64,000 nucleotides of DNA from assembly GCA_963700555.1 (NCBI GenBank), contig CAVOXZ010000011.1, forward strand, positions 386,907 through 450,906, in the 5' to 3' direction. Both the position numbers and the translations under genes were made by a program. A model generated the notes under the pieces. That model was not told the origin of the DNA and searched no databases. It was given only the letters and a program-made list of their open reading frames with translations. This DNA is from an uncultured Chloroflexia bacterium (GTDB taxonomy: Bacteria > Chloroflexota > Limnocylindria > Limnocylindrales > CSP1-4). Shown piece after piece: positions 37,720-47,089 of this stretch (its first letter is position 1; every line of letters starts with the position of its first letter).

Positions 37720-39333
37720 ATGGCGAGCACGGAGAACGGGTACGACGCGATCGTCGTCGGAGCCGGCCACAACGGCCTGACCGCGGCCGCGTACATGGCG
37801 AAGGCCGGCCTGCGGGTCCTGGTCCTCGAGGCCCGGCCCGTCGTGGGCGGCGCCGCGGTGACCGAGGACCTGGGCGGCGTCCGCGTGCCGGCCCTTGCCC
37901 ACACCGTCGGCCGCCTCAAGCCGTCCGTTGCCCGCGAGCTGGACCTCGCGGCACACGGTCTGTCGCTCGTCGCTCCGGAGGTCCGGGTCTTCGCGCCGCA
38001 GGCCGACGGGAGGGCGGTGACCCTGTACGCGGAGCTGGCCAGGAGCGTCGAGGCGCTGCGGACGTGGTCCGAGGATGACGCCACCGCGTTCGTCGAGCAC
38101 GACCGGCGGGTCCGCTCGCTGTCGCGGTTCCTGGCGGACCTGGGCGAGGAGGCCCCGCCGGACATCGCCGGCCCCGGGTTCGGGGACGCACTCCTCGGCC
38201 TGCGCCTGGGCCGGGCGTTCCGCGGCCTGGGCAGGCAGGACGGCCGCACGATCCTGCGCGTGCTCGCGATGGCGGCCGCCGACTTCGTGGCCGAGTCGTT
38301 CGAGTCCGAGCCGATCCGGGCGACGACCGCCTGGCGCGGCGTCCGCTACACCGCGATGGGCCCCTGGTCCGCGGGCACGACGTCGGTGCTGCTTGCCGAC
38401 GCCGCCGGCAACGACGGCGGGGGTGCGGGCGAGACGGTGTTCGCCAGGGGTGGCCCCGGGGCGCTCTCGGAGGCCCTCGCATCCGCCGTCCGGGCCGCCG
38501 GCGGCGAGATCCGCTGCGACGCGAAGGTCATCGCCGTCACCACGGTGGACGGCGCGGTGACCGGCGTCGCGCTGGCCTCCGGCGAGGAGATCGCCGCCCC
38601 GGCGGTTGTCTCCGGACTCGATCCCAAGCAACTGCTCACCACGCTCGTGGACCCGGTGACCGTCGGGCCGACGATGCGCTGGCGGGCCGGCAACATCCGG
38701 ACGCCCGGCACCGTTGCCAAGGTGAATCTCGTGCTCGAGGGCCTGCCCGAGTTCCCGGCGGCCGGCGGCGACAATCGGAAGCTGCGGGGCCGGATCCAGG
38801 TCGGCACGACGTCCATCGACCATGTCGAGCAGGCGTTCGACGCCAGCAAGTACGGCCTCCTGCCGGCATCCCCGGTCCTCGAGGCCACGATCCCGTCGCT
38901 GGTCGATCCGTCGCTGGTTGCCGGGGCACCGGAGGGCACCCAGGTCATGAGCGTGCTCATGCAGTGGATGCCGCCGGGCCTCACGGCGAAGGACTGGGCG
39001 GGACGCCGCGACGAGGTGGGCGACCTCGCGATCAGGACGCTCGAGACGGTGGCGCCGGGTCTTGGCGCTCGCGTCACGGCCCGAGGGGTGCTGACGCCGG
39101 CGGACCTCGAGGCCGAGTACGGCCTCACTGGAGGACACCCGCTCCACACCGAGCCCGCCCTCGACTCGTTCTTCCTGTGGCGCCCGCTCCTGGGCTGGGC
39201 ACGCTACCGCATGCCGGTGGACGGGCTGTACCTCGCCGGGTCCGGGGCGCACCCCGGCGGCGGGGTGACGGGCGTCCCCGGTCGGAACGCGGCGCGCGAG
39301 GTCGTGGCGGACCGGAAGAAGCGGCGCCGGTAG
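37720..39333 (+). CDS. Phytoene desaturase-family NAD(P)/FAD-dependent oxidoreductase, tandem paralogue
   Basis: DAIVVGAGHNGL...VLVLEARPVVGGAA. Collinear with the upstream paralogue, 2 nt away. Confidence 0.82.
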   Translation: MASTENGYDAIVVGAGHNGLTAAAYMAKAGLRVLVLEARPVVGGAAVTEDLGGVRVPALAHTVGRLKPSVARELDLAAHGLSLVAPEVRVFAPQADGRAVTLYAELARSVEALRTWSEDDATAFVEHDRRVRSLSRFLADLGEEAPPDIAGPGFGDALLGLRLGRAFRGLGRQDGRTILRVLAMAAADFVAESFESEPIRATTAWRGVRYTAMGPWSAGTTSVLLADAAGNDGGGAGETVFARGGPGALSEALASAVRAAGGEIRCDAKVIAVTTVDGAVTGVALASGEEIAAPAVVSGLDPKQLLTTLVDPVTVGPTMRWRAGNIRTPGTVAKVNLVLEGLPEFPAAGGDNRKLRGRIQVGTTSIDHVEQAFDASKYGLLPASPVLEATIPSLVDPSLVAGAPEGTQVMSVLMQWMPPGLTAKDWAGRRDEVGDLAIRTLETVAPGLGARVTARGVLTPADLEAEYGLTGGHPLHTEPALDSFFLWRPLLGWARYRMPVDGLYLAGSGAHPGGGVTGVPGRNAAREVVADRKKRRR

Positions 39334-39345
39334 GCGTTCGCCCGA

Positions 39346-39813
39346 TCAGCCGCCGAGCAGCTTGCCGAGGCCTCCCAGCGGTGAGCTGGGGCCGGCGTTC
39401 GCCGCGTCCGACAGGCCCTTGAGCATGCCGCCGATGTCAAAGCCCTCGGCGGCGTCGCCGTCGGGGACCTTGCCGTCGGGGGTCAGCGCATCGATGACCG
39501 CCGGCAGCGCGCTGGCGAGCAGCGGCAGCAGGGCGTCGATGGGCAGGCCGCTCTGCTCGGAGAGGGAACGCACCTTGTCATCGCCGAGGGCCTCGCCGAG
39601 CTTGGCCGGCTCGACCTGGCCGTTGCCGCCCATGCCGACCCAGGACTTGGCGACGTCGTCGAGCCCGCTCTTGCCGAGCGAGTCCAGGAGACCCTTGAGG
39701 CCGCCCTGCCCGCCAACGAGGCCGCCGATGGCCCCGACGATGTCTCCGCCCCCACCAGCGCCGCCGCCCGTGACCCCTCCGAGCATCTTGCCGAGATCGT
39801 CCATCCTGCGCAT
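39346..39813 (-). CDS. YidB/DUF937-like Gly-rich protein
   Basis: Gly-rich N-terminus plus a conserved WVG.G.N..V core and LPAVIDALTPDG. Confidence 0.6.
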   Translation of the reverse strand: MRRMDDLGKMLGGVTGGGAGGGGDIVGAIGGLVGGQGGLKGLLDSLGKSGLDDVAKSWVGMGGNGQVEPAKLGEALGDDKVRSLSEQSGLPIDALLPLLASALPAVIDALTPDGKVPDGDAAEGFDIGGMLKGLSDAANAGPSSPLGGLGKLLGG

Positions 39814-39891
39814 CTCCTCGTCGTGGGTGTCGTGATCTGAGGGTCCATCCTCGCATCTGCGAGCCGGTCGTGCGCTCGACGGGCTCGCAGC

Positions 39892-40944
39892 CTAGCGACG
39901 GTCCATGCGGGCCTCGTCGCTGAGGCGCTCCTCCTCGGCGCGGCTGGACTCCGGGACGGCCTCGGGGCCGGCCTCGTGCTCCAGCGACCAGTCCCACTCG
40001 CGCAGCTGGCGGAGCAGGCGGCGACCCGTGAGGTCGAGGTGGATGGGGGTCACGGAGATACGCCGGTTGACGACGGCGTTGAAGTCCGTGCCGGGGACGG
40101 AGATCCCCGACGGCGGCGGTCCCCCGATCCAGTAGTAGGGGAGGCCACGCGGGTCGAACCGCCGGATCAGCTCGTCCTGGTAGACGCGCTTGCCGACCCG
40201 GGTGACCTCGAAGCCGCCGCACGCCTCGATCGGGACGGCGGGGACGTTGACCGACACAAGCTCGCCCCGCCGCAGACCGTGCTCGAGGATGTTCCGCGCG
40301 ACCACGGCCGCGGCCTTGGCGGCAAGCGCGAAGTCGATCGGATCCTCGTACTCCTGGCTGATCGCGAACGCCGGCGCCCCCAGGATCACGCTCTCCATCG
40401 CGGCCGAGACGGTTCCCGAGTAGGTGATGTCATCGCCCAGGTTGGCGCCGTAGTTGATGCCCGACGCCACGAGGTCGAAGCGCTCGTCGAAGAAGCCCAG
40501 GAACGCGAGCGAGACGCAGTCGGTGGGGGAGCCGTCCACCGAGTAGCCGGTCGAGCCGTCGGCCAGGGTCCGCTCACGGACGCGGAGCGGGCGCATCAGG
40601 GTCTTGGTGTGGCCGACGGCGGACTGGTTGAGGTCCGGCGCCACCACCGTGACGTCGCCGATCGGGTCGAGAGCGAGCTTGAGCGCGAGCAGGCCGCGCG
40701 ACTCGATCCCGTCGTCGTTGGTGACCAGGATCCGCGGCCGGCTGGTCCACGACCCGAGCGGCCGTCCCACGCGCTTGAGGGTGCGTCGCTTGCCGCGCGG
40801 TCCGGCGACAGGCTCACCGCGCTCCTTGTCCAGGTCGCGGCGCTCCGATCGCGCCCGCTCCCGGGTCATCTCGGGGGCGTCTGGCTGCGCGTCGGCCTCG
40901 CGGCCCGGGGCGTCGTTCTCGTGGTCCCCGCGCTGGTCGCTCAT
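39892..40944 (-). CDS. surE: 5'/3'-nucleotidase SurE, with N- and C-terminal extensions
   Basis: ILVTNDDGI and GINYGANLGDDITYSGTV motifs. The ATG at 40944 overlaps the upstream stop (ATGA). Confidence 0.82.
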   Translation of the reverse strand: MSDQRGDHENDAPGREADAQPDAPEMTRERARSERRDLDKERGEPVAGPRGKRRTLKRVGRPLGSWTSRPRILVTNDDGIESRGLLALKLALDPIGDVTVVAPDLNQSAVGHTKTLMRPLRVRERTLADGSTGYSVDGSPTDCVSLAFLGFFDERFDLVASGINYGANLGDDITYSGTVSAAMESVILGAPAFAISQEYEDPIDFALAAKAAAVVARNILEHGLRRGELVSVNVPAVPIEACGGFEVTRVGKRVYQDELIRRFDPRGLPYYWIGGPPPSGISVPGTDFNAVVNRRISVTPIHLDLTGRRLLRQLREWDWSLEHEAGPEAVPESSRAEEERLSDEARMDRR

Positions 40945-42191
40945 GCAGGTTCCGTCCCCGCATCCTCCCCGGGCGACCCGACGGGATGCGCCTGGAGCGT
41001 CCTGGCCGCCAGCACCTCGTCCACGTCCTCGTCCAGGCCGGGAACGGGCTCGCGCGGGCGTCGGACGGCCCGGCCCTCGCGCCGGGCAAGCCGTCTTGCG
41101 GCCCGGTCGGCCACGGTGCCATGCTCGTGCGACCTCGCGACCCAGTGGAAGAACAGCGCGGAGATCACCGCGGCGATCGGAATGCCGAAGATGCCGCCGG
41201 CGATGCCTGCGATGCGCAGCCCGACGATGACCGACCCCAGCACCACGATCGGATGGATGCCCACCGCGCCCGCCATCAGGCGCGGCTGGAGGACGTTCAT
41301 GGTGACGAACCAGGCGACCGCCATCAGGATCAGCACGGGTGCCACGGGGCCGTCCGGCGTCAGCAGCACGACCAGGACGGGCGGCGCCCAGGACACGAAC
41401 GGTCCGAAGAACGGGATCATCTGCAGGAGGCCCGCAACGACGGTCGTCACGGCGGCGTACTGGAGGCCGAAGACGATGTTGACGAGGGCCGTGAACACGC
41501 CGAAGACGACGCCCATGATCAGCTGGCCACGCAGGAACCCTCCGAACGAGCGCGCGACGCTGGCCTGGAGCACCTTGGCCTGTGGCACATACGCGGGCGG
41601 GACGAGGCGGAACAGGAAGGCCATGATGTCGCCGCGATCGAGCGCCATGTAGATCGACAGGATCACCAGGATCAGGACGTTGCCGAGGACCCCGATGCTC
41701 GCGACCGCGACCGACTGGAGCGGCTGGACCAGCTCACTGGCGAACACCTGCAGGTTGCGCACGATCTCCGGGGCCTGGGCCTCGAGGTCCACGTTGAGGC
41801 CGAACGACGTGAGGCGGGCCTGCAGCTCCGCGAGCAGTGATGCCAGCTCGGCCTCGAGCGTGGGAGCATCGCGGATGAACTGGGTGATCGAGGCCAGCAG
41901 CGAGGCTGAGAGCTGGATGATGATCCCGACGACGATGCCCACGATCGCGACGTAGACCAGGATCACGGCCGCTGCCCGCGGGACCATCGGCACCCTCGCG
42001 ACGGCCCTGATCAGCGGCAGCAGGGCGAACGCCAGCAGCCAGGCGAGGAAGAACAGCAGGATGATGTCGCCGAAGGCGGTCAGCACGGCGCCCGCGTCGC
42101 TGACGACCACGAACGCGAGCGCGACAACCGCCAGGATCAGGACGGCATCGACCAGGCGTCGCTGGCGTTCCGTGAGCAGGTTGTCGGGCAT
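40941..42191 (-). CDS. AI-2E family transporter (PerM/YhhT-like)
   Basis: About 8 TM helices, with the LLQMIPFFGPF and GIFGIPIAAV motifs typical of the family. Confidence 0.82.
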   Translation of the reverse strand: MPDNLLTERQRRLVDAVLILAVVALAFVVVSDAGAVLTAFGDIILLFFLAWLLAFALLPLIRAVARVPMVPRAAAVILVYVAIVGIVVGIIIQLSASLLASITQFIRDAPTLEAELASLLAELQARLTSFGLNVDLEAQAPEIVRNLQVFASELVQPLQSVAVASIGVLGNVLILVILSIYMALDRGDIMAFLFRLVPPAYVPQAKVLQASVARSFGGFLRGQLIMGVVFGVFTALVNIVFGLQYAAVTTVVAGLLQMIPFFGPFVSWAPPVLVVLLTPDGPVAPVLILMAVAWFVTMNVLQPRLMAGAVGIHPIVVLGSVIVGLRIAGIAGGIFGIPIAAVISALFFHWVARSHEHGTVADRAARRLARREGRAVRRPREPVPGLDEDVDEVLAARTLQAHPVGSPGEDAGTEPA

Positions 42192-42233
42192 GTGCGAAGC
42201 CTACGACGACCGGCGTCGTGGGTGCGAGGGCTT

Positions 42234-43253
42234 CTAGCGCAGCCCCATCTTCGTCCTGACCTCGGTCATCGTCGCCTCGGCAAGGGGCTTGAGGCGGTCA
42301 GCGCCGGCCTCGAGGATGCCGTCGATCTCGCGCGGGTTGGCCATCAGCTCCGCATAGCGCTCCCGCGCCGGACCATAGCGGTCGATGATCCGCTGGGCAA
42401 GCAGCTTCTTGGTGTCCACGCAGCCCGTGCGCGCGGTGCGCTCGCCGTCCTGGATCTCCTCCCAGTCGTCGCCGAAGAAGCGGTGCAGTCCGCAGACGTT
42501 GCACACCTCGGGGCGGCCCGGGTCGGTGCGCAGGATCCGCTGGGTGTCGGTGACCATGCTCATCACCTGGCGCCGGATCTCGTCCGGCGAGGCCAGGATC
42601 TCGATGGTGTTGCCGACCGACTTGCTCATCTTCTTCACGCCGTCGGTGCCCAGGACGACGGGCGCGGACGTGAAGACCGCCTGCGGCTCCGGGAACGTCT
42701 CGCCGTAGCGATGGTTGAAGGCCCGGACGATCTCGCGCGACAGCTCGAGGTGGGCCGCCTGGTCCTTGCCCACCGGAACCAGCGAGGCCTTGTAGATGAT
42801 GATGTCGGCTGCCTGCAGGACCGGGTACGTGAGCAAGCCATGGTTCACGTCGTCGGGCTGGCTGGCGATCTTGTCCTTGTACGTCGGCGTCCGCTCCAGC
42901 CAGCTCACCGGCGTCACCGTGGACAGCAGCCACATCAGCTCGGTGTGCTCGGGACGGTGGCTCTGGACGAACAACGTGCAGCGCTCCGGCTCCAGGCCCA
43001 GTGCAAGGAGGCTGGCCGCCAGCTCGCGCGTGCGCACCCGCATGGCGTTCGCATCGTGGGTGCTGGTCAGCGCGTGGTAGTCGACGATGCAGTAGATCGC
43101 CTCGTACTCGTACTGGAGCATCACGTAGTTCCGGATCGCCCCCAGGTCGTTGCCGAGGTGGACGATCCCGGACGGCTGGATGCCGGAGAAGATGCGCGGA
43201 CGGGGTGCCGGTGCCTCCGCGGGGGCGGGGGACGGCATGAGCTCGACGGTCAT
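42234..43253 (-). CDS. trpS: Tryptophan--tRNA ligase
   Basis: HIGH-type GIQPSGIVHLGN and KMSKS (VKKMSKS). An alternative start lies at 43238. Confidence 0.9.
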   Translation of the reverse strand: MTVELMPSPAPAEAPAPRPRIFSGIQPSGIVHLGNDLGAIRNYVMLQYEYEAIYCIVDYHALTSTHDANAMRVRTRELAASLLALGLEPERCTLFVQSHRPEHTELMWLLSTVTPVSWLERTPTYKDKIASQPDDVNHGLLTYPVLQAADIIIYKASLVPVGKDQAAHLELSREIVRAFNHRYGETFPEPQAVFTSAPVVLGTDGVKKMSKSVGNTIEILASPDEIRRQVMSMVTDTQRILRTDPGRPEVCNVCGLHRFFGDDWEEIQDGERTARTGCVDTKKLLAQRIIDRYGPARERYAELMANPREIDGILEAGADRLKPLAEATMTEVRTKMGLR

Positions 43254-43328
43254 TGGGCCGGAGTGTATCGGAGCGGAGGGCAGGCCAGTCATGCCGCCAC
43301 CGATGCGATCATGCCGGCGGCCCAGGCC

Positions 43329-43556
43329 CGTGGCGCGGGACGCCACGCCGGCCGGCATCGGACCCCGCGGACGGTCTGGACGCCCGAGATCGTGGCGCGG
43401 GACGCCACGCCGGCCGGGATCGGACCCCGCGGACGGTCTGGACGCCCGAGATCGTGGCGCGGGACGCCACGCCGGCCGGCATCGGACCCCGCGGACGGTC
43501 TGGACGCCCGAGATCGTGGCGCGGGACGCCACGCCGGCCGGCATCGGACCCCGCGG
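43329..43556. repeat. 62-bp tandem repeat, about 3.7 copies
   Basis: Copies start at 43329, 43391, 43453 and 43515. Only one mismatch (ggcatc versus gggatc). Each unit holds a perfect hairpin CGTGGCG-cggga-CGCCACG. Confidence 0.95.
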
Positions 43557-43643
43557 CCGACCGGCCCACGCCCTCGCCTCGCCTTCCGGCGCTTCCGTTC
43601 GCTACCATCGCGCCCACACCATCCCGCTGCGAGAGCCCCCACT

Positions 43644-44765
43644 GTGAGCGTTCAGCCCCTGCGCGTCGGCGTGATCGGCGCCGGCACCGTCGGCCGCGAG
43701 GTCGTCAGAGCCTTCCTCGAGCGGTCGCCCCGGCTCCTGCCGGCGGACGGCGCGCCACTGGTGCTGACCGCGGTTGCCGAGAAGTTCACCGACCGGGCGA
43801 TCGCCGGCGGGATCCCGGCGGAGCTGCTGACGGACGCACCCGCGCACCTGGTCGCGAGTGACGACGTCGACATCGTCGTGGAGACGATGGGCGGTGACGA
43901 GCCGGCCCGCACGCTGGTGGCCGCCGCGCTCGCGGCGGGCAAGCACGTGGTCACTGCGAACAAGCACATCGTCGCCCACCACGGCCCGGAGCTGGAACGA
44001 CTCGCCCGTCACACCGGCGCCACCTTCCGGTTCGAGGCGGCGGTCGGCGGCGGGATCCCGGTCCTCGGCCCGATCGCGCAGGACCTCGCGGCAAACCGGA
44101 TCTCGCGCGTGCGCGGGATCGTCAACGGCACCACCAACTACATGCTCACCGCGATGACCCAGGAGGGCCGGCAGTACGCGGAGGTGCTCGCCGAGGCCCA
44201 GGCGAAGGGGTACGCGGAGTTCGACCCGACGGCGGATGTCGAGGGGCTGGACGCGCTCAACAAGCTGGTGATCCTGGTGCGGCTGGCGTTCGGCGCCTGG
44301 GTGCCGCTCGACGCCATCGACAACCGGCCCGGAACCACGAGCGGCGCCCCGGGCAGGCCCGGCATCACCGGCGTCACGGCGGACGATGTGGCCGCGATGA
44401 GCCGCGAGGGACGAGTGCTTCGGCTGATCGCGACCTCGCGCGTCGCCGAGGACGGCGCCATCGAGGCCTCCGTGGTGCCGACCGCCGTTCCCGCGGAGAG
44501 CGCGTTCGGCCGGTGCGACGGGGTGCTCAACCGGATCGAGGTCGATGCCACGCCGGTGGGCCGCGTCGCGTTCGAGGGACCGGGTGCGGGCGGTCCGGCA
44601 GCCGGTGCGGCCGTGCTGGGCGACCTGGTCTCGATCGCCCGGGGGCTCGGGTCCACGTGGGCAGGCTCGGCCGCCGCGACCGAGCTGTCGGCGATCGAGG
44701 TCCGGCCGGTCGCCGCCGAGTGTGTCGCCGCGCCGTCGGGTGCCTGCTACCCGGTCGGGGACTGA
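43644..44765 (+). CDS. hom: Homoserine dehydrogenase
   Basis: NAD fold [10 protein letters not shown], plus VVTANKHIV and [11 protein letters not shown] motifs. GTG start at 43644. Confidence 0.9.
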   Translation: MSVQPLRVGVIGAGTVGREVVRAFLERSPRLLPADGAPLVLTAVAEKFTDRAIAGGIPAELLTDAPAHLVASDDVDIVVETMGGDEPARTLVAAALAAGKHVVTANKHIVAHHGPELERLARHTGATFRFEAAVGGGIPVLGPIAQDLAANRISRVRGIVNGTTNYMLTAMTQEGRQYAEVLAEAQAKGYAEFDPTADVEGLDALNKLVILVRLAFGAWVPLDAIDNRPGTTSGAPGRPGITGVTADDVAAMSREGRVLRLIATSRVAEDGAIEASVVPTAVPAESAFGRCDGVLNRIEVDATPVGRVAFEGPGAGGPAAGAAVLGDLVSIARGLGSTWAGSAAATELSAIEVRPVAAECVAAPSGACYPVGD

Positions 44766-44770
44766 CCAGC

Positions 44771-45850
44771 GTGTCCGCCCCGCTGCCGCCCCGGCCCAGC
44801 CTCGTCCAGCGCTATCGCGAGTTCCTGCCGCTGACCGATGCCACGCCCATCGTCTCCCTGGGCGAGGGCGCGACGCCGCTGATCCCGGCCCGGCGCCTCG
44901 GAGCGAGCATCGGGGTCCCGAACCTCCACCTCAAGTTCGAGGGGATGAACCCCACCGGGTCGTTCAAGGACCGGGGCATGGTCCTGGCCGTGGCCAAGGC
45001 CCTCGAGGGAGGGGCCCAGAGCGTCATCTGCGCCTCGACCGGCAACACCTCGGCATCGGCCGCCGCCTATGCCGCCGCCGCCGGGCTCGAGTGCGTGGTG
45101 GTCCTGCCGGCGGGCAAGATCGCCCTGGGCAAGCTGCTCCAGGCGCTGGTGTTCGGGGCGCGGGTCGTGAGCGTGGACGGCAACTTCGACGACGCGCTGC
45201 GGGTAGTCCGCTCGCTGTCCGAGCAGGACGAGCATCCGATCACGCTGGTCAACTCGGTCAACCCGTACCGGCTCGAGGGCCAGAAGACGGCGGCCTTCGA
45301 GGTCTGCGACGACCTCGGCCGGGCGCCCGACATCCTCGCGATCCCGGTCGGCAACGCGGGCAATATCAGCGCCTACTGGCGGGGATTCCGCGAGTACCGC
45401 GATGCAGGCCGTGTGGATGCCGTGCCGCGCATGTGGGGGTTCCAGGCCGCGGGGGCGGCGCCGCTGGTGCTGGGGCACCCGGTCGAGGCCCCCGAGACGA
45501 TCGCGACCGCGATCCGCATCGGCAACCCGGCGTCGTGGGACCTCGCCATCGGCGCGCGCGACGACTCGGGCGGCCGGATCGACGCCGTCACCGATGACCA
45601 GATCCTGCACGCCTATCGCGAGCTCACCCGCCTGGAGGGCGTGTTCTGCGAGCCGTCCTCGGCCGCATCCGTGGCGGGTGTGACCATGGCGGCGGCGGCG
45701 GGCGAGGTCGATCCCGACGCACTCGTGGTGTGCGTCCTGACCGGGAACGGTCTCAAGGACCCGCACACCGCGGAGAGCGGTCTCAGCGTGGAGATGCTGG
45801 AGGCCGAGCCCACGATCGCGAGCGTGTCGAAGGCTCTCGGCTGGTGGTGA
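44771..45850 (+). CDS. thrC: Threonine synthase
   Basis: PLP-Lys motif [10 protein letters not shown], plus STGNTSAS and LTGNGLKD. Confidence 0.93.
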   Translation: MSAPLPPRPSLVQRYREFLPLTDATPIVSLGEGATPLIPARRLGASIGVPNLHLKFEGMNPTGSFKDRGMVLAVAKALEGGAQSVICASTGNTSASAAAYAAAAGLECVVVLPAGKIALGKLLQALVFGARVVSVDGNFDDALRVVRSLSEQDEHPITLVNSVNPYRLEGQKTAAFEVCDDLGRAPDILAIPVGNAGNISAYWRGFREYRDAGRVDAVPRMWGFQAAGAAPLVLGHPVEAPETIATAIRIGNPASWDLAIGARDDSGGRIDAVTDDQILHAYRELTRLEGVFCEPSSAASVAGVTMAAAAGEVDPDALVVCVLTGNGLKDPHTAESGLSVEMLEAEPTIASVSKALGWW

Positions 45851-45946
45851 TGCCGTCGGGCAAGGTCCCGATCGCCAACCCGCCGATTCCGCCGCCAGCG
45901 TCCGCTCGACGAGGCCGCCTGGGCGTCGCTCGTCGGCCGCCGCCTG

Positions 45947-46864
45947 GTGATCGACGTGCCCGCCTCCACGGCAAACCTCGGCGCCGGCTACGACTGCCTG
46001 GGACTCGCGCTCGACGTGTGCAACACGGTCACCGTCGAGGTGGTCGAGGACGGCGGCGGGCTCTCGATCGACGTCACCGGCGAGGGTGAGGGCGAGCTGC
46101 CGGCGGTGCGGGACAACCGGTTCGTCGCCGGGCTGGAGAGCGCGCTCGAGGCGTCGATCGGGCCGCGGCCCACGGCGATCGGCTGGCGGATCGCGATGCA
46201 CAACCGGATCCCGCTGGCGCGCGGCATGGGCTCGTCGGCAGCGGCATCGGTCGGCGGGGTGGTGGCCGGTCACGTGCTGGGGGGACGGCGTCTCGCCGAG
46301 GGCGATCAGCTGCGGCTGGCGACCGCGCTCGAGGGGCATCCGGACAACGCGTCGGCGGCGCTCCTGGGCGGGTTCGTGGTGTCGGCGCACCTCGGCGAGC
46401 GGGTGGAGGCGGTCCGGTTCGATGCCCCGGAGGGGCTGCGGGCCGTGCTGTTCATCCCCGAGCGACGGCTGTCCACGGCGGACATGCGGCGCGTCCTGCC
46501 CGCCGAGGTCCCGCTGCGGGACGCCGTGAGCAACATGAGCCGGATCGCGATCGGCGTGGCCGGCATCGCGAGCGGCCGGTACGAGCTGCTGGCGGACCTG
46601 ACCGTGGACCGCATCCACGAGCCGTACCGGTCGGTCGCCTACCCGCAGCTGCCGCGGCTCACTGGCGCCGCGCGAGCGGCCGGCGCCCTGGGCGCGTTCC
46701 TCTCGGGGGCCGGGTCCACGGTGCTGGCCTTCGTTGCGCCGGGTGCCGACGCCGGGCCCGTGGAGCGAGCCCTCGGCGAGGCCGCGGCGGCCGTGGAGCT
46801 CGAAGGGCGCACGGCCATCGTGTCGCCGCGCAACGCGGGTCCGGCGGTGGTCGAGGGCGGCTGA
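45947..46864 (+). CDS. thrB: Homoserine kinase
   Basis: GHMP kinase motifs PASTANLGAGYD and PLARGMGSSAA. The start is uncertain (see findings). Confidence 0.88.
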   Translation: MIDVPASTANLGAGYDCLGLALDVCNTVTVEVVEDGGGLSIDVTGEGEGELPAVRDNRFVAGLESALEASIGPRPTAIGWRIAMHNRIPLARGMGSSAAASVGGVVAGHVLGGRRLAEGDQLRLATALEGHPDNASAALLGGFVVSAHLGERVEAVRFDAPEGLRAVLFIPERRLSTADMRRVLPAEVPLRDAVSNMSRIAIGVAGIASGRYELLADLTVDRIHEPYRSVAYPQLPRLTGAARAAGALGAFLSGAGSTVLAFVAPGADAGPVERALGEAAAAVELEGRTAIVSPRNAGPAVVEGG

Positions 46865-47089
46865 CGCCCCGTGCGGCCGGGCTCGCGCGCAGGCCATGGC
46901 CTGGGGGTCAGGAGAACCGACCCGCGTACGTTGAGATCGTGCTTGCTGGGCACGAATGCAATCGGATTCCGTCCGGCTGGCCACCGATTTCGGGTCGATT
47001 GGCGCCCCGCAGGCAGGAAGCCGCCGCCGCCCCGTCGATTCCATTGACTGTCAGACAGGGAGCCTGCGGCGACATCAGCCGCCTGACGG

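Noticed and set aside
42420-42503. Cys-x2-Cys-x23-Cys in TrpRS as a possible Fe-S cluster site
   Set aside because: Only three Cys are present, and I cannot recall the exact spacing of the known Fe-S TrpRS motif well enough to claim a match.
43329-43556. Possible CRISPR array, given the regular 62-bp periodicity
   Set aside because: The whole 62-bp unit is repeated head to tail with no unique spacers, and no cas genes are present. It is a plain tandem repeat.
43254-43643. T-box leader for trpS, or a Thr attenuator for hom-thrC-thrB
   Set aside because: No T-box consensus (AGGGUGGNACCGCG) occurs on the trpS strand, and there is no leader peptide with Thr or Ile runs. The spacer is dominated by the 62-bp repeat.
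46865-47089. tRNA or SRP-RNA-like gene in the lower-GC spacer
   Set aside because: I could build no T-loop (GGTTCGAATCC-like) or cloverleaf. The GGAAGC-like segment does not match the SRP domain IV consensus well enough.
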